Shown one piece after another: positions 10,879 through 19,345 of a stretch of DNA of 64,000 nucleotides. The notes beneath the pieces were generated by a model. That model was not told the origin of the DNA. It saw only the letters and a list, made by a program, of their open reading frames with translations, and made no database searches. Each line of letters begins with the position of its first letter. Within the stretch, counting starts at the first letter, position 1. The DNA is from Promethearchaeota archaeon (GTDB taxonomy: Archaea; Asgardarchaeota; Lokiarchaeia; Sigyniarchaeales; SOKP01). The translations under genes were made by a program, and so were the position numbers. The stretch is from positions 1 to 64,000 of the forward strand of contig JBHLLU010000010.1 in NCBI GenBank assembly GCA_048938895.1, in the 5' to 3' direction.

Positions 10879-11286
10879 ATGAAGGACGTTAAAATTATAT
10901 CCATAGATAATCGAGGGAGAATAGTACTCCCACTGGTAACCAGGAAAAATCTTGGTATTACAACCGATTCACAGTTGATGCTTGTAAGTGACTCAGAAAC
11001 GAAGGAGATTCGTATTACACCGGTTGGAATTACTAAAGAGGAAAAACCTATCAAATTTAGGATAACGATGAGGGATGAACCGGGATCATTAGCAAAGATA
11101 GCCTCTACTTTTGGAGATCTTGGGATTTCTTTAATGTATGGAGAAAGTGTTATTGTAGAAAAATCAAAAACAGCAATTTGGACGGTAATCAGTCCAACTC
11201 CTCAAAATATTACTATGGATGAATTAAGAGAAGGTTTAATAAAAGACGGAAAAGCAATTAATGTCGATATTGTTCCTTTTGATTAA
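10879..11286 (+). CDS. AbrB/MazE-type DNA-binding domain fused to an ACT domain
   Basis: IDNRGRIVLPLVTRKNLGI (AbrB); DEPGSLAKIASTFGDLGISL (ACT). Confidence 0.85.
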   Translation: MKDVKIISIDNRGRIVLPLVTRKNLGITTDSQLMLVSDSETKEIRITPVGITKEEKPIKFRITMRDEPGSLAKIASTFGDLGISLMYGESVIVEKSKTAIWTVISPTPQNITMDELREGLIKDGKAINVDIVPFD

Positions 11287-11327
11287 ATTCATATAGATGA
11301 ATTTTATTATGTATATAGGTATATTCT

Positions 11328-12170
11328 ATGGCAAAGAAAAAGAAAAAAGAAAAGAAAAAAAAAGTAGAAGAAGTTGAAGAATTAGTGGATCTTCAAGGAT
11401 ATTCCTTAGATGACGCTTTACATTCAACAAAAACGACAAAAACCACGTTACAAAGTTTAATGGAAGAGGCTACTGAGGGAGGGGGTTTTGGCATCTCTAA
11501 AAAAGAAGGAGAGGAGAAAATCCGACCTCAATTATCTCATGAGAGCCGCAGTAAAATTGCCGAAGCATATGCATTAGAAGATGTCCCATTAACTCAAAGA
11601 AAAACCACTGAAAAAAGAGAAAAGATAACGATTACTCCCGAGTCTACAGTTGAAACTCCACCTCCTGCGGCAAAACCTCAACCTACGACTCGTCCTCGAA
11701 TCAAGGTAGAGGCGTCAACAATTCCCTCTCCTAGTGAAAACATTTCAATAATTGAAGAAGATCTGCCACCTACTCCTCCAGTAGAGAAAAAAATCTCTGC
11801 AAGTAAAAAGCATAACATATACAGCAAACTTTCTGTATTCTTTGAGGAGTTATTAAAAGGATATAATGAACGATATGAGAGATGGGAGAACTCTATTTCA
11901 AATATATTGGGAATATTAAGAAAAATGCGGAAAATAACTAAGAAAAATACTGATGACTTGGTAATATCGATTAATAATTTATACAAAAAAATCCAAGCAG
12001 ATTTAGAATTGTTTAAAGTCAAACGAGCTGAGGTAGAAAAAGTTGCGGAAGTTGATATTGAATCTATGTCTGGTAAATTCAAAAGAGTTTTAGGACTATT
12101 AGAATTACAAATTAAAGAATATCAACTAAAAAGAGTAACGGATGATTTGATTCATGAAATGACTTATTGA
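11328..12170 (+). CDS. Hypothetical protein, charged/Pro-rich N-terminus and helical coiled-coil C-terminus
   Basis: 280-aa ORF co-oriented with neighbours; composition. Confidence 0.7.
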   Translation: MAKKKKKEKKKKVEEVEELVDLQGYSLDDALHSTKTTKTTLQSLMEEATEGGGFGISKKEGEEKIRPQLSHESRSKIAEAYALEDVPLTQRKTTEKREKITITPESTVETPPPAAKPQPTTRPRIKVEASTIPSPSENISIIEEDLPPTPPVEKKISASKKHNIYSKLSVFFEELLKGYNERYERWENSISNILGILRKMRKITKKNTDDLVISINNLYKKIQADLELFKVKRAEVEKVAEVDIESMSGKFKRVLGLLELQIKEYQLKRVTDDLIHEMTY

Positions 12171-12220
12171 ATATACTTTTTTTCCTAATCATTGAAAAAA
12201 AAAAAGAATATTAGCTAAAT

Positions 12221-13411
12221 ATGTCCTCTGAAAATAATAATCAACTTCGTCCATTAATTCTTGATATAGGAAATAATTTTTTTCGCTTAGGATGGGCTGG
12301 CAATGATTATCCTGATATTATTGCTCCTAGTGTCTATGTAGATAACAGTGATTATTTATTTACATCAGACGTTATTGATGGTCTCGAAGATATATTTATG
12401 AGTGAAAAAAATGTCGAAACCCAGTTATTTGGACATGAAGCATTAAAATATTCCAATATCCTTAAAATCCATGAGTTCAAAAAAGAAAATAATTACAATG
12501 TATTGATGAAATTTTTTTATTACCATTATAAACTGTTAAATATAGCTGAAGAAAACCAATTTAAACAGCCACTTATTGTATTGACTCCCTTTTTTATGTC
12601 AGAACTTGAGAAGACTAAATTAAGAGAAATTTTTTTTAATGTATTTGATATCCCTAACATTTTATTTCTCTCAGAAAGTCAAGGTATAATCTCGACATTC
12701 AAGAAAACAAGTGGTGTAATTGTAAACATGGGGGAGGAAAACACCTATATTACGACTTTCCTTCATGGATTTTCTAATGTTATGGCGAGAGATACCTTTC
12801 CCATTGCTGGAAAAGATTTGACAAATTTTCTGTTAAATCTTCTGTTAACTCATATTGGTCCTGGAAAATCAATATTTTTAGATAATATTACTACAAAAGA
12901 GATAAAAGATAAGTTTTCGTTATGTGTATTAAATCCTGAAGAGGAAATTAGACGGATAAAGGATGGGTTTACTAAGTATAATAGTAGCATTGGTTTGCCT
13001 GATGGATCTAATTTAGAAATTAATTCAGAAAGATTTATAACCTCGGAGCCTCTTTTTAACCCGAGATTAATACATATTGATTATATTGGATTACCTGAAG
13101 CAATATCTAAGGTGATTCGAACGTGGGACAGGGAAAATTGGGAAGAATTATTATCAAATATTATTCTTGCGGGAGGAGGAAGTTTAATCCCTGGTTTAGA
13201 GAAAAGATTGAAACTTGAAATATCAAAGTTCTTTTCTGAAAAACTCAAGGAGAAAGTAAATGTGTTAGCTGTTTCTGGAAGGGAAAATGTAAGTTGGGTC
13301 GGAGCAAGTGTTTTGTGGGCACAAGGAAAATTGGATAAAGGATGGGAGATTAATCCTAAAATCCTTGAAGAAGAAAGTGAAAAAGAAAACATTGATCAAA
13401 TAGATAACTAA
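12221..13411 (+). CDS. Divergent actin-related protein (Asgard actin family)
   Basis: ILDIGNNFFRLGWAG.DYP, IAGKDLT, LPDG, ERF..SEPLFNP, NIILAGGGSLIPGLEKRL, SWVGASV. Confidence 0.92.
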   Translation: MSSENNNQLRPLILDIGNNFFRLGWAGNDYPDIIAPSVYVDNSDYLFTSDVIDGLEDIFMSEKNVETQLFGHEALKYSNILKIHEFKKENNYNVLMKFFYYHYKLLNIAEENQFKQPLIVLTPFFMSELEKTKLREIFFNVFDIPNILFLSESQGIISTFKKTSGVIVNMGEENTYITTFLHGFSNVMARDTFPIAGKDLTNFLLNLLLTHIGPGKSIFLDNITTKEIKDKFSLCVLNPEEEIRRIKDGFTKYNSSIGLPDGSNLEINSERFITSEPLFNPRLIHIDYIGLPEAISKVIRTWDRENWEELLSNIILAGGGSLIPGLEKRLKLEISKFFSEKLKEKVNVLAVSGRENVSWVGASVLWAQGKLDKGWEINPKILEEESEKENIDQIDN

Positions 13412-13432
13412 AAATAGAGATTATAAAATTAT

Positions 13433-16024
13433 ATGACCGTTAGCTTAGAAATAAAGCAGGAATTTCTAAAGAATTTCCAAAAGAAAATAGTTATTGCGCG
13501 TAAATTATTAATTGGTGCTAATCATAAATGGGCTTCCAAATTGCTTGACAATTTAAGTATGGATATCGAGAAGAATGAATGGTTAGACATCCAGAAAAAA
13601 CATCAACTTTTGATGATAATCTCAAATTCCTGGTGGATGTATTTAAATTCTCTTGTAACACGGAAAGAAGGTAAGGTAGAAATTGATTTAATACGATATA
13701 TTGATGCCTATAAGCGGTTCTTTTCTTTTTTAGCTAATTTAGATGATTTTTATTTATTTAATAATTTTGGTAATAATCTTCTTAAACAATTCATAAAAAT
13801 TGAGGATTTATCTCAGAAAGGGATTACGAAGTTTATCAATTCCTTCTCTATTAAGTTACATGAAAAAGATGAATATCAGAAATTAATTGAGTTACAAATA
13901 TTGTTAATGTTCTTGAGAAAATCTGTAGCACCTTCAAAATTTTTTCATTTAAGCATGGAAAAATTGGGGAATACAGTACTTAAATTGGAACCAAGTAAAA
14001 GAACGTTATTTATTTATATGATTTTAGAGGATGTTTGTATAAAATATAAACTTATGGAGGATTCCTCTGAATTTGTTAGAATTATTAATAAAATTCTTAT
14101 TAATCGACTACCACAATATTTAAAAAATGAATTTAGCAGTATTGGCAGAATCTCCATAAATGAGAGAAGTTTTACAACAGTTTTAGCAGATCTTGAAGAG
14201 CTCATAAATTACTTAAATGATATCGGAGAATATTCATGGATTATAATTATCATTAGAAATATTTTTTCAAAAATGCAAGAATATCAATCATATGGTGATG
14301 CTGTTACATATATTCGTAAATTTATTGATTTTTCAATTAATAGAAATCGATTTGAAATAGCTTTTGAAATATACGATTTCTTAGAAGATTTATTTCTATA
14401 CAAATCAGATCTCTCCTATGACAACATTTTAATTGAATTATGGGTTGAGGCGTGCAAAAAGTTTGTAGATATGAAAGAAAAGAAGTATTTATTACAATCT
14501 TTAGAAAAACTAAACAATCATTTAAAAATCCCTCGAACTAATAGCCAAATTCTTCATTATTTTTATACATGTAATTTGCTCTGGCAATTTAAATCAATGT
14601 TTTTTTCTCTAGAACAACGAGATTTCTGGAGAATGATGTTTTATCGTGCACTTTTTGAAGAAAAAAATTTTGCGATTGCTCAAAAAATTTTAACTCACCT
14701 AGATAAAGATTTTAGTTTATTAATTAAAGATATTATTTCATTGTATAATGAAGTAGAACCAGTAATAAATCAGATTTATTCATTTAAAGATAGTAAAAAT
14801 CTTCCTACATTAAATTTTGAAAGCTTTTCTATAAGAAATATGGTTCTTAGGATTAATTCTAATGGTATGATTTCATATCGAATGATTTCAAATAATAACC
14901 AAATTATCAATGGCAATATCAGTAATGAATATTGGAATGATACTCAAATTTTAGAAATATACAATGAGCTCTTTTTTGAACCGGAAAAGAGAAAATATAT
15001 GTTCGATCTAAATGAATTTGGACAATTACTTTTTATCTTCCTTCCTAAGTTAATTAGATATTTTTTTAAATCCTTTAAAATCGAAAGTTTACAGACCATT
15101 CCTCAAATCTATTTTAGTATGGATAATATGACTATTCCTTTTGATCTAATATATGACAATAATTTCTTCTTGTTAAAATATTCAATTGGGTATAAGATAG
15201 GCGAAATACCCCTAGAAGGAATATTATATAAACATAGAGATTTTATTAAGTCCCCACAAGAGCAAGTAATCAAAAGACATAATGTATTAATAGTGGATGC
15301 AATAAATTCAACAAGTCCTCTAAAATGGAATGAACAACTAAAGAAAAAAGAGCTAATTTACCCTTTTCCTGCTGGTGCAAATGAAATTAATTATATCATT
15401 AACTTCTTCAATAGCACGCAAAATATTGATCAAATCACTACTCTTATAGGCCCAAATTCAACAAGAGAGAAATTATTGGACCATATTTCAAGAGATTTTT
15501 ATACTATAATTGTTTTTGTAGGAAACATCTTTTATTCGAAATGGAGCCCAAAAGACAGTTATATGATAACTAATGATAATGAAATCATCACTTTCAAAGA
15601 GATAAATAATTTATTAAGTCAGATTAATTCAAAATTACACCCATTGTTATTTTTTAATGCTCAAATATTCGATATTGAAGGTCAGAAATTAAGAAATGTT
15701 CTAAAGACTTTTGGTGATATTGTTGGTCAATTTGATCAAACTAAATTTACAGGAATAATTTCAAGAACTTATCCTCTCTTTAATGAAGAGACAATGGAGA
15801 TTATCTCTACCTTCTTTCTTAATTTAATTGACAATTATAGTCAAGGGGTTTCACTCCTTAGAGCCAGACAGCATTGTATAGCAAATAAAATAGAAGATTT
15901 TGTGGAAAGCCAATATAAAAATTCGATTGACAAAGAAGGTTCCACTAGAATTGATTTAAGAAGTAGTTTGACAGTATCAAGCTTCTTATTGTTTGGGCAG
16001 CCATGGAAAAGATTAAATGATTAA
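13433..16024 (+). CDS. Alpha-helical solenoid protein with C-terminal CHAT/caspase-like domain (catalytic dyad apparently lost)
   Basis: FGQLLF, IPFDLI, FPAGANEI, IVFVGN, LFFNAQ, SLLRARQ, FLLFGQP follow the CHAT motif order. Confidence 0.65.
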   Translation: MTVSLEIKQEFLKNFQKKIVIARKLLIGANHKWASKLLDNLSMDIEKNEWLDIQKKHQLLMIISNSWWMYLNSLVTRKEGKVEIDLIRYIDAYKRFFSFLANLDDFYLFNNFGNNLLKQFIKIEDLSQKGITKFINSFSIKLHEKDEYQKLIELQILLMFLRKSVAPSKFFHLSMEKLGNTVLKLEPSKRTLFIYMILEDVCIKYKLMEDSSEFVRIINKILINRLPQYLKNEFSSIGRISINERSFTTVLADLEELINYLNDIGEYSWIIIIIRNIFSKMQEYQSYGDAVTYIRKFIDFSINRNRFEIAFEIYDFLEDLFLYKSDLSYDNILIELWVEACKKFVDMKEKKYLLQSLEKLNNHLKIPRTNSQILHYFYTCNLLWQFKSMFFSLEQRDFWRMMFYRALFEEKNFAIAQKILTHLDKDFSLLIKDIISLYNEVEPVINQIYSFKDSKNLPTLNFESFSIRNMVLRINSNGMISYRMISNNNQIINGNISNEYWNDTQILEIYNELFFEPEKRKYMFDLNEFGQLLFIFLPKLIRYFFKSFKIESLQTIPQIYFSMDNMTIPFDLIYDNNFFLLKYSIGYKIGEIPLEGILYKHRDFIKSPQEQVIKRHNVLIVDAINSTSPLKWNEQLKKKELIYPFPAGANEINYIINFFNSTQNIDQITTLIGPNSTREKLLDHISRDFYTIIVFVGNIFYSKWSPKDSYMITNDNEIITFKEINNLLSQINSKLHPLLFFNAQIFDIEGQKLRNVLKTFGDIVGQFDQTKFTGIISRTYPLFNEETMEIISTFFLNLIDNYSQGVSLLRARQHCIANKIEDFVESQYKNSIDKEGSTRIDLRSSLTVSSFLLFGQPWKRLND

Positions 16025-16121
16025 ATATAAAAGTTTGAATATTAAAAAGTTTTGAATAAAAAATATTTATAAATTTAATTTAAATTTATTAATACAAGAA
16101 TTAAATGAAATTTAGCGCATC

Positions 16122-16658
16122 ATGTCAGACCGATTATTCGAATTACGTGTAGAAAATAAACGATTGAAGCAAGAAATAGAATCATTAGAGAGTAAAATAT
16201 TAACTCTTGTAGGAATGTTTAATATAGAATCTTCGGGAACTCAAGAGAACAAAAATGCTCTTAATGATCAACTTCTAAATTTGATTTCTTCTACTAAAGA
16301 ACAGCTAAATATAGTTACACCGAAAATTGATGAGTTTTATTCAAGAGAATTAAAAAAAGTTGCGAAGAAAGGTATTCCTGTGCTTTTAATAACTAATGAT
16401 CGTGCAAATTTACCTAAAACCTATCAAACTATCTATGATGATTTAAAAGTTACAGAAGGGATAAGTATGATTAATAATCCTAATGTGAGATACCTTCTTG
16501 TATTTAACACTGATCAAGCTATTTATTCAGGAGGGTCATTAGATAAAGAAGAACTATCAAAATCTATATTAATTATCACAACAATACAAGAGAAAGCAAA
16601 ATTACGAAAAATAGCTAAGATTTTTTCCTTCATGCTTCCGACATTTATGAGAAAGTAA
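16122..16658 (+). CDS. Coiled coil plus PLD-like/TrmB-type domain lacking the HKD motif
   Basis: LISSTKEQLNIVTP, KKGIPVLLITND, LLVFNTDQAIYSGG. Confidence 0.55.
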   Translation: MSDRLFELRVENKRLKQEIESLESKILTLVGMFNIESSGTQENKNALNDQLLNLISSTKEQLNIVTPKIDEFYSRELKKVAKKGIPVLLITNDRANLPKTYQTIYDDLKVTEGISMINNPNVRYLLVFNTDQAIYSGGSLDKEELSKSILIITTIQEKAKLRKIAKIFSFMLPTFMRK

Positions 16659-16714
16659 GAAGACTTTTTTTTCATTTTCAATTCTTTTTATATTAAAGTT
16701 GGTTCGTTTAAAAT

Positions 16715-18886
16715 ATGGAGATTAAAAACACTTTGAATTCCAAATTTATTGTGGATAAATTCGGAATGCATTCAGAGATATACCTTGAAGTTATGAAATT
16801 TCTTAATGAAAGATCAATCTCTGAAAAATTATATAAATCAAAATTTGAACTTTGGAAAAAAGACTTTAATATCATTTATGGTGAAGCTATTTCTTCAGAA
16901 CTATTTTTAAAACATACATACTTTATTCAAATTCTAAAAATATTGATCTCATCCAAAATAAGTTCTATTAAGGATAATACTGAATTAAATAGTAATTATA
17001 TTGAAAAAAAAATTTTCAATTTTACCTATTTCTTTTGGATTTCATTAAACAATGATTTACTCAATAAAATAAATGATGAAATTGGGAATTGTATAATTGA
17101 AAAAGAGGATCTTTTCAGCCAGTTCTATCAACATTTGTTCATATCCAACATTAGGCATAAAAGGGGGGAATTTTTTACTCCTTCTCAACTTGTAAATACT
17201 ATGCTTGAGGATTTTTATGAATTTGGATTGAAGATTTTGGATCCGTCATGTGGTTCAGGAAATTTTTTAATAGGGATAGTATTAAAAATCCTTAATTCGC
17301 AACATTCTCTTTCTAATAAGATAAAAGCAATTAATCAGGTTTATGGATTTGATGTTAATCCTCTAGCAATTATTACTACAAAAGTTAGTATTCTTTTGTT
17401 GTTTATAGAGAATCTTAAAATTGAACAGGAGAAATGGCCTAATATAAATGTATTTCTTTGTGACTCTTTATTTCCAGAAAATTGTAAAAATCAAGAATTA
17501 CCAAAGATCGAGATTTTATTTAATACTTTTGATTTAATTATTGGCAATCCACCATGGTTAACTTATAAAGATTTGTTTGATAAAATTTATCAAAGAAATA
17601 TCCGAGAGTTATCAGGTCGGTTAGGTATTAAACCATTAAGCCAGTATATCACCCATATAGAGCTTGCTGCAGTTTTTTTCTATGCAATTCCCTCTTATTT
17701 TTTAAAGAAGCACGGTAAAATATTTTTTGTTATGCCTAAAAGTGTATTAAATGGAGATCATTGTCATAAATTTCGAAGTTTTAATATATTTAATATAAAG
17801 TTAGAAATATGGGACTTTCCAGATAGCTATATGTTTAATGTAGACCATATCTGTTTAAAAGCAGAGTATATAGGTAAAGATAACAGCATATCAATAGCAG
17901 AACATTATCCAATCAAAACAAAAATCTATGATAGTGAGGGAATATTAATAAAAGAAACAGAATATTCAAGTTTACAAATTAGTGAAGATGGTGCTAAATT
18001 AATTTTACCGATTCATGAATTAAAAATGTTAAAAAATTTACAAAATAGCCCCTATAAAAACTTGTTTTATCAAGGAGCGACATTAGTCCCGAGAACCCTT
18101 GTTTTCTTTCGCATAAGAAGTGGAAAAAATGGAATTCTTATCATTGATTCTGATCCTGATATTTTATCTAGAGCTAAAGAAAAATGGATTTTTCATTTTG
18201 AGAACAAAGAAATTGAAGAGAACTTTCACTTTAAAACATTCTTGAACATGCATCTTATTCCTTTCCATTTACATAGTTTTAAGGACGTGTTTCTACCAAT
18301 AAATGCTCAATTCACTTTTGATCCTGATTATCTTCAAATGCATCCTAAAGCTCAGAGCTTTTATAATGAAATGAATAGCATCTACATAGCCAATAAAAAA
18401 AAAACAAGTAAAATCACCACTCTATATGATAACTTAAATTATTGGAATAAATTACAAAAACAAATCAATAATAAATCTTTTCTTATAGTTTATAATGCCA
18501 GTGGCTCTAATTTAAAAGCAGCAGTCATAAATAATGAAGATCAAAAAGTTGTAGTTGGATCTGAAAATTATTATTATTCTTCTGATTCAGAAGAGGAGGT
18601 TTATTATCTTTCAGCAATTTTAAATGCCCCAGGTTTATCAAAGAGGATAAAACAAATAAAAAGTTCAAGGCATATACATAAAAGGCCTTTTATGTTTCCT
18701 ATTCCTATTTATGATGAAAATAATCCAAGCCATGGGAAATTAGCTAAGACTGGAAAAAAATGCCACATTATTGTTCAAGAATTATTTATGAATAATCCAA
18801 AAATTACAGCTGATAAAGTTAGGATATTCATTAATAGAAAATTGGCAAAAATTAATGATTTAACTGAACAGATTCTCTATTCCTAA
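16715..18886 (+). CDS. N6-adenine DNA methyltransferase (gamma class) with C-terminal target-recognition region
   Basis: GEFFTP, LDPSCGSGNFL, GFDVNP, IIGNPPW, YLSAILN. Confidence 0.88.
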   Translation: MEIKNTLNSKFIVDKFGMHSEIYLEVMKFLNERSISEKLYKSKFELWKKDFNIIYGEAISSELFLKHTYFIQILKILISSKISSIKDNTELNSNYIEKKIFNFTYFFWISLNNDLLNKINDEIGNCIIEKEDLFSQFYQHLFISNIRHKRGEFFTPSQLVNTMLEDFYEFGLKILDPSCGSGNFLIGIVLKILNSQHSLSNKIKAINQVYGFDVNPLAIITTKVSILLLFIENLKIEQEKWPNINVFLCDSLFPENCKNQELPKIEILFNTFDLIIGNPPWLTYKDLFDKIYQRNIRELSGRLGIKPLSQYITHIELAAVFFYAIPSYFLKKHGKIFFVMPKSVLNGDHCHKFRSFNIFNIKLEIWDFPDSYMFNVDHICLKAEYIGKDNSISIAEHYPIKTKIYDSEGILIKETEYSSLQISEDGAKLILPIHELKMLKNLQNSPYKNLFYQGATLVPRTLVFFRIRSGKNGILIIDSDPDILSRAKEKWIFHFENKEIEENFHFKTFLNMHLIPFHLHSFKDVFLPINAQFTFDPDYLQMHPKAQSFYNEMNSIYIANKKKTSKITTLYDNLNYWNKLQKQINNKSFLIVYNASGSNLKAAVINNEDQKVVVGSENYYYSSDSEEEVYYLSAILNAPGLSKRIKQIKSSRHIHKRPFMFPIPIYDENNPSHGKLAKTGKKCHIIVQELFMNNPKITADKVRIFINRKLAKINDLTEQILYS

Positions 18887-18929
18887 ATTTCATCAGAAAA
18901 TTTAAAACCATAAAGTACATCTTATCCTT

Positions 18930-19337
18930 ATGGTGAATAATTCAAATAAAGATGGTTTATTTCGTAAAGTAGATTGTATTAGAATCCCTGTATCTAATTT
19001 AAACGATGGTCTAAAGTTTTATAGGGATAAACTTGGTCACAAGTTAATTTGGAGGAGAGAAAATTCTATAGGTTTGAAAATTCCCGAAAGTGAAGCTGAA
19101 CTTGTAATTCATACTGAATATGATGAGGCTGAAACAGATATAAAAGTTGATTCCGTGGAACTTGCTACTAAACGCTTCATTGAAGCGGGAGGAACAATGG
19201 TTAAAAAACCTTTTGATATCCCAATAGGTAAGTGTGTAATACTCATGGATCCTTGGGGAAACAAATTTGTTTTGCTTGATTCCTCGAAAGGAGTTTATAT
19301 AACTGATTCAAAAGGGGATGTGATCGGTTTAGATTAG
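18930..19337 (+). CDS. VOC/glyoxalase family protein
   Basis: IPVSNL...KFYRDKLG, VDSVE, DPWGNKF. Confidence 0.88.
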   Translation: MVNNSNKDGLFRKVDCIRIPVSNLNDGLKFYRDKLGHKLIWRRENSIGLKIPESEAELVIHTEYDEAETDIKVDSVELATKRFIEAGGTMVKKPFDIPIGKCVILMDPWGNKFVLLDSSKGVYITDSKGDVIGLD

Positions 19338-19345
19338 CCTAATAT

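Noticed and set aside
9866-13392. Antisense ORFs within the vWA, AbrB, coiled-coil and actin genes
   Set aside because: They overlap well-supported genes and have no recognisable motifs; the same applies to similar shadows elsewhere in the track
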